Positions 1 to 14,315 of a stretch of DNA of 64,000 bases are shown piece after piece. A program made the translations under genes and the position numbers. Below the pieces are notes generated by a model. That model made no database searches, was not told the DNA's origin, and saw only the letters and a program-made list of their open reading frames with translations. Each line of letters starts with the position of its first letter. Positions within the stretch are counted from its first letter, which is position 1. Source of the DNA: the human T2T-CHM13v2.0 reference genome, Homo sapiens; the NCBI RefSeq assembly GCF_009914755.1, contig NC_060925.1; one strand, given 5' to 3'.

Positions 1-788
1 TGCTCAGATGGACCCACCTCCAGCCTCACTTGACTGTTTGTCATCAGCCAAGTCCACTGGATTTATAGCTTCTTACGACCTGATAACCACTTCTTGCTAT
101 CTTTGGTGGCTTGCTATTTCTAGTCACCAAGCTTCTGCCCCCCCCCCCCAACCCCCTCTGTAACCACGAGATACAGAAATAAAAATAATCACTGCTGAGT
201 TTAGGCTGCTTCTAGAGAAGGGGCCCAGGATTGAAACTGGAGGTGGCAACTTTCAGATGGTGGCCCTCAGAGGGGCTATGAGGAAATTCCCTAAGAGTTG
301 TCCCCAGTAAGTCTGGGAGCCCAACAGAAGTGTTGCTCCAAAGCTTTGATTCTGATGTGACTATGGGAATGGGAACTGGGCAAAGCAAAGTGAGCAGCCC
401 CGGCACGAACTCAGAGGTCAGCAGCAGGCAGGCATTCAGGGATTTCGGAGAGCACCTCAGAGAGGGCATCAGAAACCAATGAGAATGATAGAGGCTTTCT
501 TTCTCTTGGGCCCTCCCTAGTTCTGGTTGGGTCTTGTAGGATGGGGAAGGTTGGGGCAAAAATGAGGTTCCAGGTTCCTTTTACATTATATATCACAACT
601 ATGGGAGATAAATGCCCTTCAGAGAGGGACTTCCAGAAAAGAGCACCCTGCCTGGCAGCCAGTGCTTTATGCCCTTTCTTGGTCATGCTGGGAGCTCCAT
701 GACTGGGCACTGCAGCCCTGCAATGCCCTGGGAACTGCCCCATCCACACCTCCTCCTCCCTCCATGGGAGCACCTTCGATCATCCTCA

Positions 789-1253
<465 letters not shown>

Positions 1254-2129
1254 CTAAAAAGCAACAGAAAGAAAGAGTGGCACAAGGGTTGGGCTGGACT
1301 GGCTGGGCTCTGAGCTCCAGGTGGGGAGACATGCTGGGCTCCATGCTGGACTTAGCAATGGGTAGGGCCCCTTTGGCAAAAGGCAGACATGGCAGAACTG
1401 GTCTTCTCTTGGCCCCTCTCCCCTGGTCAGCACGCCCACCTAGGATGCGGCCCAGATTTTTAAAAATTATTTCTATCAATCCATCCAACTGTCTATTTGT
1501 ATAAATGCATAGAAAACTATGTGATATCTGTAATAGTGTCCACCAATTGTTGGCAAGGATCATTTCTGGCTGGGGGATTTTGGGTAGTGGTTAACATCTC
1601 TCCTTTGACCTCTCCCATTTTTTGAGTATTTACAGATTGGATGTGTCTGGATGTGAAACACTGCGTCTTCGTGCTTTGGGTCCCTTGGGTGGGGCAAAGC
1701 CACAACTCAAGCCTAAGTGTAGAGTCACAGTCCCTGACCCCTCTCAGCTGGGTTTACAGCAGTAGGAAAGGACATTGCTTAATGACACAGCAGTGCTAAT
1801 TCCCCAGGCGGTAACCGGGTGGAGACAGCCCAGGACCATTTGTCTCCTTCAAACATTTTTGATGGAAAAATGATAGGTGTGCCATGGGATTCTGACAACC
1901 CCAAGATGCCACACTATGCTAAAGAGGTGCCAGGAGCACCATCTTTCAGAGACCAAAGCTTCTGAAGAAACTGGGGGAGGGAGGTGACAGCATCCATTGT
2001 GATCCCTGTCCACGTCCTGTTCTCTCTCCCCTATTTCACCCTAAGGATCCACCCTTCCAAAAACCCTTATTTTAAGCTATTTTCATGCCAACTAGTAGCA
2101 GACCCTGGAATAAGAATAGGCAAAGAAAG

Positions 2130-2900
2130 TGCTGTAAATGAGAAAACAAATAAATACTAAAACAAAATTATAAAAGAAAATAATAAAATGAAAAAAATAA
2201 TCACAACGCTTATGACACAGGAAAAATATCAATATTGAATTAGAACCTTTATAATTATCTAAGAACATCACTAAGATGAGTAAAGAGAGTGCTTAGAGGA
2301 TTCATATGAAAGAAAATAGAATTAATATGACAACACAGTCCATTTCAATAGAAAAAATAAAGAAAAAATATAGAATCCAATATTGTTGAGGCTTCATGGA
2401 ATCTCATACATGCATTTATTGCCAATTGCAGAGCAAAACTGATATGATCCTTTTTGAAGGGAGTATGTAAGTTCGCATCCAGAGCCACAGAACTACTCAA
2501 AGACTGACTCAGTAATCTCTAGGAATTAATTCAAAAGAAAAAGAGCCACCTAGCCAAAGATGTTTACAATGACATAATTTTATTATAGAGGAAAAATGTG
2601 AACAAACTATATGTCAGCCCAATAATGTGAGGTAAATTATAGCCTTTAATGTGATACAGTTTGACTGCAATCATTAAAGTGATAAATATGACCCTGTAGA
2701 AAGAATGTTAAACATAATTTTAAATAAAGCAGTAGATCATAAAATTATATGCATGCTTTTGATTATAGCTATTAAATATTTGTTTATAAATGGATAAAGA
2801 CTGGACATAAGCCCCCAAATAAAAACTATATCAGGGTCGTAGGCGTTCAAAATGAAACAACATTTAATTTTTCTGATTGCAAAAATGCTGTAGGTTCATT
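2130..2900 (+). mobile_element. Old L1M-type LINE fragments (approximate)
   Basis: A-rich, degenerate L1 3' region-like text (ctgactcagtaatctctaggaattaattc, gatgtttacaatgacataattt). Confidence 0.45.
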
Positions 2901-3359
2901 CTAAACATCTTTTAATATATACAAGCATAAAAAAGGTAGTTCCAAATATGGATAAACATTTAAGTCCATTTATAACATTTATATAGATGTTTGGTGTTAA
3001 TTAAATTGATATTTAAGTGAGTAAAATATTTGACTTACTAAAGGTAATGATGCTAAGATGAAAAATAATAAAATCATGTTTGCCAAAGGGGGGAAAACAT
3101 TAAAACAAAAAAATTGGTGACTCCTTGTGATGAGTTTAGTCTTGATTCTCCCTGACTCTGCCCAGCTCCCCATTTTCTGCATTAAGTATTTCTTTTCCAG
3201 TCTGCAGCTGTAAAAGCCCTCCCATGCAATTCAGCAAAGTAAGCCTGGTTCTTAAGACACATTCAGTCTCATCCCTGTAATCCATGTATATTTTAAGTAT
3301 AGAAAGAATTCGAGCCAAGGGGAGAGAAGGACATGAAAAGGCTTTTAGGTAATGTAATA

Positions 3360-3610
3360 TATAGTTAATGGCAATTATTATTATATATTATTGAGGGTTT
3401 AACTAAGAGTAGACACCATTCTAAGCACTTCCATCACTTGCTCAATTTAACTGTCACTATAATGCTACGAGGTAGGTATTGTTATTAACCCCATTTAAAG
3501 ATGAAGACACTGAGGCACACAGAGGTTAAGTAATGCAGGGCCAGTAAATGGTAGCGCCAAAGCCAAATCAATGCAGCCTGATTCTAGAGACCAAGCTCTT
3601 ACTAACCCCC
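3360..3610 (-). mobile_element. MIR SINE
   Basis: MIR core gaggtaggtattgttattaaccccattt...actgaggcacacagaggttaagtaa. Confidence 0.75.
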
Positions 3611-5384
3611 CACCATGTCTCTCAGTATGAGAATAACACTTCCCCCTGGGCCTATGTGACCGTGGAGTCTTAGAAGGCGTTCCTCAAATCTGCTGAAGAT
3701 TCATCTGTCGACTTGAAATATTACATTAGCACTGAATTGGGAGTCTCTAGGCTGGACATGGATGCCCCCACACAGCCATCTTGTCTCCAGCTTTGTGGGA
3801 GTTCAGTTGGGAACATAATGCAAATAATGAGGAATCAAAACCCAAAGGCAAAGACCTTGAAGGCAGAGGGGGCAAGTCACAGGGCCTGCTGAGCAAGTCC
3901 AAGGCAGATGAAGACAAAGAAAGGTGCTAAAGTTTCAGAGGGAAGATGGTCAGGGGCACTGTGAGTATGTGAGCAAATAAATTTGCTGCAGAGGACTATT
4001 TAATTAATAAGGCCTGAGACCCTCTCCCCACCTCCATCACTCTATCAGTGTATTATTTTTTCTCTAGAACCTTTAACCAGGATTGTCATGTTGCAAAGCT
4101 CCAGGGGCACCATTTTGGAATTTGAGCAGCTATATATGATAGCTCTGCTTATCATTCTCTAAAATTATCTTGTTTACATGTTTAGCTGTTGATGGTCAGT
4201 CCTTCCCTCTCCCCAACACATACACAGATCTTCCATGACAGCAGAAATCTCATCTGATTCTGCTGAATCCCTAGTGGCTCCCACAATGCCTGACACATTG
4301 TAGGTGCTCAACCAATATTTGCTGAATGAATCAATGAGTACCTAATGGTTGAAACCATTCTGAAAGAAGGTGACATGAACATGTGGGTCTCATAACCCCA
4401 TCCCACTCCAAACCTCGACCAACAGATTGACCAAAGTCTGTACAAATATTAATAGATGGATACCTGTGTCAACTCTGGAAAACAGAGAAACATACTGTGC
4501 TGTAACCCTGCATGTATTTATCTTAGACATAGTACAGATGTGTCCCTAGATAATTTACAGTGGAAAAGGGTATGAATGAGCCAAGTTGTTAAACAGCAAA
4601 GGCAACAGAAAGCTGCTCTTAAATATCAAAGGCCTCAAAACATGTCCTACTCACATCCACTCAAAGATGTCTCCTATCCAACCAAGAGATGAATTTAAAC
4701 AACAAACTCAAGTAGGATAAAGTTGAGGTTAACAAAAAGCATAAAAAAAGATTGACAATGAGCAAATAAACCAATATGGTAATGAATTTAAATAATTTAT
4801 GTAAACATAGTTATAAAATGAAATGCAAGCGTAACAAATATTCCTTGGAACAGAAAATATAAGACGTTATTCCTGCCCAAACTCTAGGGTAGAATATTCC
4901 AGATTCTACTGACACAAAGAGTAAAGTTGGAGCAAGGAGATATGCTAATTTGCTCATCTTGCAAGAAATCCTGTTTTGTAGTTTCTGTGGTTAATTAGAG
5001 AAATATAGGTTGGAGCATGCTTTTAAAGATGTTAAGTGTAATTAGTAATAGAATATGAAATAGCTTGTCTTCAAAATTACCAAAGGGGAAAAAGCAAAGT
5101 AGTTCAGGGAGGAAAAAAGAAATTCAAAGGAAACAACAAGGAAGCATGGGGTAGGGGGGTTGTAACGTAAGATGCTTTAAAAAAGATAAAACATCAGTTA
5201 TGACAATAAATGTATACAGGTTAATCTCCCAGTAATATACAACCCTCTCTTTGGGACAAAACACACAGCTAAGACAAAGTGACTCTGAATACTCAAAAGT
5301 AAAGGAATGGGCCAAGATAGCTCAGGCTTTACATTAGAAGAGTGCTGTAATTTATCAATATAAGTCTCAAATATTCCTATTTAA

Positions 5385-5468
5385 TTGGTGGACTGGGCTC
5401 AGGGCATCACCGATTTTAAAAAGTTCCCCAGGTGATCCCAAATTGCAGCCAGGGTTTGAGAACTACTG
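5385..5468. mobile_element. MER5A-like hAT MITE fragment
   Basis: Terminal text aagttccccaggtgat...gcagccagggtttgagaactactg. Confidence 0.65.
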
Positions 5469-6653
5469 GTGGAGGCAAATGTGAACAACAAAAAAGGAAT
5501 TTTAATATTAATATCTGATCCTTGGATATTATATTACACCTGACTCTTGGATGATCCTTTTCTTATGCCAAGAGTTTTCTGGACAGCTACCAAGAGGCAT
5601 TTCTTATTATACCTGGAAGGAGACAGGGCTGATAAACTGACACTCTTAGAACAAGAATGTGGCCTTATAAAGCTCTGTCTTCCATCTCAAAAGAGTACTC
5701 AGACTTGTTGCAACAAGGGCAGGAAGAGGAAGTGTGCGTTGTCTTACAAAGATCTAATCTTTCTTGCTCTGGAAAATTATGTATGCATGTTGTATTGTAA
5801 TATTTCTGTAAGAGAATAGGAAGAGCCTACTTCTCAGTGTCGCAAATGAGGGATTTTTAAAAAGTTGTAATTGGATCTCATCACCCTCAATCACCCAGGT
5901 TAAAAGAAGGAGATCAGGCACCTTCCTCCTTCAGAGTAGTGACCAGACTGTGCTCATGGATCTTGATGTCGACTAAACTTTTAAGTCAGAAGCGTCAGAC
6001 TGTTGACAAATAATAAAGGTGGGAAACTTATTAACAGGTAGATGTGTAATTACTGTGCATTATATTAGGTTATTATTTAACATGAGCTTGAGTAGAAAAT
6101 AAAAGGGGCTTGTTGAAGACCCCTCTTTTATTATGTTTTTCTTTTGGTGTTGTCACCAAACAAAGAGAGTTTTCAGTAGTCCTTTATAGAGACCTAATAC
6201 AAAATCCAAATATCATATTTAAAACATGGATAATGAGCCCATTACAAAATAAAGATATGACAGTTATAATACTTTATGTCCAAAAGCATGAAAGAGACAA
6301 AATAAAATATACTACCCTGAAATCAAGATCAAGATAAAAAGGATCTGAAAATATTATGAGTGTGTATATTATATGAAACTCTGTAGTCTTCAAACAAGGA
6401 ATGCAAACTTCTTTACAGGTGCCCATGGACTATTACAAAATTGACCTTACATTAGGCTATAAGAAAATCCCCATAAATTCTATCACAATGCAAAAACTGT
6501 TGGGCCACATTTTCTGTTCACAGTACAAATAAACTAGACATCAATAAGAAAAGAACAAAGAAAAATCCATAATCACTTAAAAATTCATAAAACTCTTTCC
6601 AAATAAGTTCCTGAGCTCAATGAGGAAAACAAAGCTATCAATACAGACTTCTT

Positions 6654-6957
6654 TTTTTTTTTTTTTTTTTTTTTTTGAGACGGAGTCTCGCTGTCACCCA
6701 GGCTGGAGTGCAGTGGCCTGATCTCGGCTCACTGCAGGCTCCACCCCCCCAGGTTCACGCCATTCTCTTGCCTCAGCATCCCGAGTAGCTGGGACTACAG
6801 GCACCTGCCACCTCGCCCGGCTAATTTTTTTGTATTTTTAGTAGAGACAGGGTTTCGCCGTGTTAGCCAGGATGGTCTCGATCTCCTGACCTCATGATCC
6901 ACCCGCCTCGGCCTCCCAAAGTGCTGGGATTACAGGCGTGAGCCACTGCGCCCAGCC
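6654..6957 (-). mobile_element. AluY with target-site duplication
   Basis: Full Alu on the minus strand with AluY-type diagnostics (ggttcacgccattctc, gtgttagccaggatggtctcgatctcc); 14-bp TSD aatacagacttctt at 6640-6653 and 6958-6971. Confidence 0.93.
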
Positions 6958-7859
6958 AATACAGACTTCTTATAATGATGATGATACTAGACCAAAGCTG
7001 TAGTAAGGAGAAAATTCATAGCTTTATTCATGATTAAACAATAAAGAAATAAAATAAGTGCAATTAGTGTTTATACTTAAAAAGTTACCAAAAGAATAAC
7101 TGAACATGATTAAGGAGAGAAGAGAGAATAAACTTAGAAAAGACAAAAACAGAAAAAAAAATTGGCTTCTGAAGAGATCAATAAAAATTTCTGATTGGTT
7201 TGCTCAATAAGTAGAAATAGAAAAGATAAATATACATAGGGATAGGAGGCTATAATAACACTAAGGTGATAATCCAACTATAAAAGAATAGTATACATAA
7301 CATATGAAATATGGATAAGATGGAGCATTTCCTAGAGAAATTTGAATTACCAAAATTAGCATGAAGGGAAAAACCTGAGGAAACTGGAAAATACTTAGTG
7401 GGTAGGTGGTTTCATGGCCAGTGCTTCAAAACTATAAACAAACTTGTAATAGCCATGCTATTTAAATTGATTTTGATACAATACTCCCATAACAATGATA
7501 TGTATGATACACACACAATCATATCCACCAACACAATGACACACCTACAGTATAGAAAATCCTTCATGCAAAGTGCTAGAAAATCAAATTCAGCCCTACA
7601 ACAATAAGCCAACATGACCTACACAACAAAAACAACAAAACTGTACTGATAGGAAGAAAAAAAATTTTTAATGGAGAGGCAAACTATGTTCCTGGTTGAA
7701 AATAATTCATATTACTAAGATGAAAAGTGTCCTAAATCATGGTACAAATTTAACACAATTCCAGGCCAGATCTTTTTTTTTTCTGGAACTTAAAACCATT
7801 GCAAGATCCATCTGTTGGTAAACAGGTGAAAACAGCCGAGCTCTCCTTGAGACAGATAA

Positions 7860-8100
7860 GGAATAATAGCATATAAGGTGCTAGTTGGCATTCTGAGAGC
7901 TTCCTGTATCTCAACTCATTAACTCTCACAGCAACCCTCTGAGATAGGTACTATTATTAACCTACTTTACAGAGACAGACGCTGAGTCCAAATGTTAAAT
8001 TAATCTGCCCATGGTCATACAGTCACTGTAGATGATAGAGCTGGGAAGATGAACCAGTCAGGCCAGTACCAGAGCTCAAGCTCTTGACCACGACACCTAC
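7860..8100 (-). mobile_element. MIR SINE
   Basis: aactctcacagcaaccctctgagataggtactattattaacctactttacaga. Confidence 0.7.
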
Positions 8101-9187
8101 TTCCTCCCAGAGGAGGAAGGGCTTGACAACCCAGATATTAAATACTAAAACATATTATAAAGCTGTAATAATATAATTTATACTATATTGACTTCAAAAG
8201 AGAGATCAACAGAGCTGGAAAAGAAAGTCCAGAAAAGGAACCAAAAATATATGATAAAGGGGGCTTTTGAAATTAGCAGAGAGAGGGTTGATTGATCAAT
8301 ACCTGATGCTAGAACAAATGGCTAGCCAGTTAATGACAAAATTAGGTCCACACTTCATTCCATGTACCAGAGAAGTCCTAGAAGAAAATATAAGGAATAT
8401 TTGTATAATGTTGGAGGCAAGGAAGGACTTTATTAGTATTACACCAAAATTAGAAATCATAAGGGAAATTTTAAACTACAGAAATGGAAGATTTTAGATT
8501 TCAAAAATCACCATAAACAAAAGCTGAATAATGAGAGACAAATGGAGAGAAAATATGTGCAAGTTACTACATTTAAATATTTACTATCCTTCATCTATGA
8601 AGAATTGGAATTTGACAGAAAGATGTACACTCAACATAGAAATATTGGCCAAGGAAATTAAGAGGCAACCAACAAAGAATAAATAAAGTTGGTTAATAAA
8701 GAGGTGAAAAAACATATAATATTATTAGAAAACAAAAACTTAAAACAACAGAGCTATTGAGTTGGGAAAAAAAAAAAAGATGGCATTGAACTTTTTGAGA
8801 GAAAGGGGACTGGCAGGGCAGACAGGGACCAAGCAGTCAAGAGGTAGGAGAAAACACAGGAGAGTGGTGTCATACAGACAAGGAAAGAGGGTTTCCAGAA
8901 GGAGGAAGGGACATCTGTTTTGAAAGACTGCTGAGCGCCATGTATCATCTAGGCTGAAAATGATCCACTGGGTTTCAGCAACATGAGACTCATTGGTGAG
9001 TTTTGTGAGAGCAATTTCAGAGACGTGGTGGACTCAGAAATCAGAATGGAGTGGGGTAACAGGGTACTGGGAGGTGAGAAATGAACACAGCAAGGGTACA
9101 TAGACATCCTGCTACAGAAGTTTGGGTATGAAAGAGACTTAGAGAACCTGCAAGGAGATGAGAGTGTGAAGAAAGATACTTTTTAAA

Positions 9188-9483
9188 ATTATTATTATTG
9201 AGACGGAGTCTCACTTTGTTGCCAGGCTGGAGTGCAGTGGCGCAATCTTGGCTCACCGTAACCTCTGCCTCCTGGGTTCATGCACTCCTGTGTCAGCCTC
9301 CTGAGTAGCTGGGAATACAGGTGTGTGCCACCACGCCCAGCTAATTTTTTTTTTTTTGTATTTTTAGTAGAGATAGGGTTTCACCATGTTGGCCAGGATG
9401 GTCTTGATCTTTCGACCTCATGATCTGCCTGCCTTGGCCTCCCAAAGTGCTGGGATTACAGGCATGAGCCACTGTGCCCAGCC
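9188..9483 (-). mobile_element. AluS (AluSc-like)
   Basis: Dimeric Alu with (ATT)n tail, ends tgtgcccagcc. Confidence 0.9.
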
Positions 9484-9743
9484 AAGTTGGGTGTTTTTTG
9501 TTTTGTTTTGTTTTGATGAGAGCAGCCTGAGAAAATTTCAATGTTGATGGAATGCAACTGGCAGAAGGGAAGTGGCTGAAGAGTTAGCAGAAGGAGGAAG
9601 AATTATTTGAAGCATAAGATTCATGAAAAGGTGAAAGGTGAGGAAGAATTTATAGCTAAATGTATTAAACAGTGGATTGCAACCCGTTATTAGCTGGTCA
9701 TAAATTTCATGTTAAGAAACAAAACAAACAACAAACAAAAAAA

Positions 9744-12121
9744 TATATAGTTTGGTTTTTTGTCTCCTCCAAATCTCAGGTTGAAATGTAATCCCCAATG
9801 TTTGAGGTTGGGCCTGGTGGGACTCATGGGGGCAGATCCCTCTTGAATGGCTTAGCGCCATCCCCTTGGTGATGAGTGAATTTTTGTTCTGGTAGTTCAC
9901 ATGAAATCTGGTTTCTTAAGAGTGTGGTGCCCCCACCCTACCTTGCTCCTACTTTTACCATATGATACGCTGGCTCCGTTTTGCCTTCTGCCATGATTGT
10001 AAGCCTCCTGAGACCCTCACCAGGAGCTGAGCAGATGTTGGTGCCATGCCTGTACAGCCTGCAGAACCACGAGCCAAATCAAACCTCTTTTCTTTATAAA
10101 TTACCCAGCTTCAAGTATTTATAGAAATACAAGAATGGGCTAACACAGAAAATTGGTACCAGGGGTGTGGGATGTTACTATAAGATACCTGATGATGTGG
10201 AAGCAGCTTTGGAACTGGGTAACAGGGATAGGTTGGAAGAGTTTGAAGGTCTCAGAAGATAAGAAAATGAGGGAGAGTTTGTAATTTCTTAGAGACTGTT
10301 TAAAAGGTTGTCACCAAAATGCTGATAGAAATAGGGACAGTGAAGGCCAGGCTAACAGGTCTTAGATGGAAATGAGGAACTTATGGGGAATTGGTGTAGA
10401 GGTCACCCTTGCTACTCCCTAGCAAATAACTTGGCTGCATTAAGTCCATATCCTAGGGCTTTTTGCAAGTTTGAACTTAAGAGTGACGACCTAGGGTATC
10501 TGATGGAAAAAATTTCTAAGCAGCAAAGCATTCAAGAATTAGCATGGCTGCTTCTAACAGCTCATGATCAGAACAGGAGCAAAGAGATGACTTAAAGTTG
10601 GGACTTACATTTGAAAGAGAAGAAAAGCACAAAAGTTTGGAAAATTTGCAACCTGACCCTGTGGTAAAGAAAGAATCTAAGCAGTCTGTAGAGCAACCAC
10701 TTGCTAGAGAGATTAGCATTACTGAAAGGGAGCCAAGTGCTAACATCCAAGACAATGGAAAAAAGGCCTTGACGGCATTTCAGCAATCTTTGCAGCAGCC
10801 TCTCGCATCATAGGCCCAGAGGCCCAGGAGGAAAGAATGATTTCAGGGACCAGGCCTGGGGCACTGCAGTCCTGTGCAGCCTCAGAACATCGCTCCCTGC
10901 ATCCTGGCTGCTCCAGCTGCAACCACAGCTCAAAGGGCTCCAGATACAGCTTGGGCTGCTGCTCTGGAGAGTGTAAGCTGCCATAAGCCTTAGCAGCTTT
11001 CATGCGATATTAAGCCTGTGGGTGCACAGCATGCAAGTATGAAGAAGGCTTGGCAATTTCTCCATAGATTTCAGAGGATGATGTGGAGTGGCAATGTGGG
11101 GTTGGAACCCCCACACAGAGTCCCACCAGTGAAGTGCCTGGTGGAGCTGTGGGAAGGGGGCTGCCACCCTCCAGACTCCAAAATGGTAGAGTCATGGCAA
11201 GCTTGCATCCTGAGCCTGGAAAAGCAACAGGTGTTCAAGTCCAACTCATGAGAGCAGCCACAAGGACTGCACTCTGCAAAGCTACAGAGGCACAGCTGTC
11301 CAAGGCCTTGGGAGTTCACCCCATGCACCAATGTGCCCAGGATGTGGGATATGGAGTCGAGGGTTATGTTGGATCTTTAAGATTTAATCTCTGCCTTGCT
11401 GGGTTTTAGAACTGTGTGGGGCCTGTTACCCCTTTCTTTTGGCCAGTTTCTCCCTTTTGGAATGAGAATGTTTGCCAAATGTCTGCACACCATTGTATCT
11501 GGGAAGTAAATAATTTGCTTTTGATCTCACCAGCTCATAGGTGGAAGGAATTCATCTTCAGATGAGCCTTTAGACTTAGGACTTTTGGGTTCATGCTGGA
11601 ATAAGTTAAGACTTTGGGGGACTATTGGGAAGGGATAATTGTATTTTACAATGTGAAAAGGACATGAGATTTGGGGAGCCAGGGACAGAATGATATGGTT
11701 TGGATATTTGTCTCCTCCGAATAGCACATTGAAATGTAATCCTTAATGTTGGACATGGGGCCTGGGGGGAGGTATTTGGATAATGGGGTTAGATTCTTCA
11801 TGAGTGGCTTAGCATCATCCCCTTGGCTACAAGTGAATCCTTGCTCTGCTAGTTCATGCAAGATCTGGTTGTTTAAAAGAATGTGGTACCTATCACCTAC
11901 CCCACCCCCATCTTGCTCCCACTCTTGCCATGTGATACACTGGCTCTCCTTTGCCTTCTGCCATAATTGTAAGCTTCCTGAGGCCCTCATCAGGAGCTGA
12001 ACAGATCTTGGTGCCATGCCTGTACAGCCTGCAGAACTGTGAGCCAAATTCAAACTCTTTTCTTTATAAATTACCCAGCCTCAGAAATTTCTTTATAACA
12101 ATGCAAGAATGGGCTAATAAA
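9744..12121 (+). mobile_element. Two-LTR MaLR element (MSTA/MSTB-like): 5' LTR ~9744-10147, internal 10148-11690, 3' LTR 11691-12121
   Basis: Two homologous ~400-430 bp LTRs (tgatatggtttgg...gtacagcctgcagaac...ttataaattacccag...gggctaa); internal part begins gaaaattggtacc and ends in a purine-rich tract before the 3' LTR. Confidence 0.9.
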
Positions 12122-13216
12122 GGAAGAGCATAGGAAATATCTGAGTTCAATGTAAGTAGTAAAGGTAAGTACTGCTTGTGAAATGTATGTTTCAATTATG
12201 TGCAAGTGTGTACAAAGTTACAAGGTAAAAATACATTTCTCACTGTTATGTTAAAAGTTTTTAAAGGTTCCTTATCTAAAGCATAAATGGAGTTATGCTA
12301 AAAATTTTTTGATGGGTAATTTATAGGGAAATTGTTTTTTGATGGGAGAAAGGATTGATCATCTCTTATAAAAGGTGGGAAGAATAGAGGAAGGGCGAGG
12401 ATGGGTGTTGGTCTGTAGGCTTGGTGTCTTTAGTATTTGAAAATTGAGAGTGTTGCCTGTGAGGTAGGAGTAAGGTGAGGAGAAGGGGCTGTTCATGGGT
12501 TCGAGCAGGGTAGTGAATGTTTGGGGTAGTTTCCATGGAGAAATGGAGAAGAGAATGACTTGAGAAACACAGATGGATTGCTAGGCACTGTTGTAAGCCT
12601 GACTGAGATTGGTGTTCATGAATTTATAGCAGTGCCAATTTGTCTGGTTGGGTGATTTTATCCAGCAATGCTCACCCAAGCAGAAGTGGCCCAATCAGAT
12701 TGTTCTTGCTTCAGTGTATGAATCTAGGTAAGTAAACTGAGGCAGCTCTGCTGATTCAGCTATTGTTGAGCTGGAGGCAGAGGCTTCACAAACCCAACCT
12801 TAAATTTCTTTCACCTCTTTCTGCTCAGAAGCTCAGTGTATGTAAAGTTGTGTCTCAGTTATCTTAATGTCATCTCTGGCACTAGAGCCTGGTGAAAGTT
12901 ATCATTTAACTATGTTAGTCCCAAAGACACTGTGTGAGTTTCTCAAGGTCACCTGCATCAGGGCAAAGCTAGTTACTGGGCAGGGCTTATCCTTATCATA
13001 AACAAGATTAAGTTAACTTTAGGCTCCTTTCTTTCTAAGGAGAATACTGAGGATGCAGTCTAGAAACTCACACACATTCCAAAAGGAGTATGAAGGATAA
13101 ATGGGCAATACTGGCTGCACATTTCCTGAGCACATGTATGTCCTCCTAGATTCATATTTGATATAATCCAGTCCAAAAACCATAAATTGTGCCCAAGTTA
13201 TTTTTTCTTTAAACAA

Positions 13217-13460
13217 TTTTTTAGAGAAAGGGGTCTCACTGTCTCTAGGCTGCAGTGCAGTGGTGCAATCCTAGCTCACTGTAGTCCTGAACTCCTGGGC
13301 TAAAAGTGATCCTCCCACCTCAGCTTCCCAAGTAGCTGGGACTATAGGTGTGTGCCACTATGTCTGACTAATTATTTTTATTTTTTTTTAAGAGATGTGT
13401 GTGTGCGGGGGGAGGGGGGTCTCACTATGTTGCTCACTCTGGTCTTAGACACCTGGCTTG
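13217..13460 (-). mobile_element. Truncated AluJ
   Basis: Diverged Alu right arm plus part of the left arm. Confidence 0.8.
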
Positions 13461-14315
13461 TACACAAGTTTTTGTGTTTCTTTTTTTTCTGCCCAGTTTC
13501 CACCTCTTGGACAGGTAGAACTTGAGCATCGGTGTTCTGAGACAAATTAGAAGGGCATTCAACAGAGCTAGCCCTCTCTCATTCCTAAGACACTTTGGTT
13601 CTTCCATAATACCTTCTCCAGGTTTTCCATCTCTAGCTCTGACCGTCCCTTGGCAGTCATTTGAAAGCTTTCCTCTCTACCTGGCTTTTACCTTTTGAAA
13701 TATGAACAGATCCATTTCAGGGTCATCTTCTCACTTGCTTGTCCTCTTTAGGGCACCTCATCCTCACGTAACTCCTAAGTGTATGCCTGCAGGAAAGACA
13801 TTTCTTCTGAACGCCAGACCTGTGTATCCAGTGGTCTTTGAAATGTCTCCACCTAGCTCAAGTATTGATGGAGTGACGGAGCACCTGCTATGTGTCTGTC
13901 CCTATTCTAGGTATGGGATCAGCAGCCACCAAGATGGATAAGCAAGTCCTTAGCCCCTCTGAAGTTTACATTCTAAGAGGTGACGAAAAAAGGAATGAAT
14001 GGCATAGAGGTGGGCTGCTTTTAATAAGGCAGCAGGAATGGCCTGTCTGAGGAGGTGGCCTTTGGACTGTGGTCTGATGATAAGGAACCAATCATTCTAA
14101 GGAAGGTTCACTGCAGGGGGAAAGAATTACAAGGGCAAAGGCCCTGGGGTGGGAATGAGCTTGGTGCATGTGAGGGACAGAAGGGAGGCCAGCATGGTAG
14201 GTAGAAGCAGGGTGACAGATGGAGCAAGGAACACAAGACAAACTAAAGAGGATGACAAGGTCTTCTAAAAATTATGAGAGTTGGATGGCAAGGTCTTTTA
14301 AAAATCATGAGAGTC

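Larger units (their letters stand above)
4400..8760 (+). mobile_element. Fragmented ancient L1M (ORF2 remnants) interrupted by MER5A, AluY and MIR
   Basis: Degenerate L1 ORF2-like A-rich blocks (aattgaccttacattaggctataagaaaatc, ttcctagagaaatttgaattaccaaaatt, cacttcattccatgtacc). Confidence 0.55.

Noticed and set aside
10383-12133. Cluster of 60-135 aa ORFs
   Set aside because: All fall within the decayed MST MaLR internal region and LTRs.
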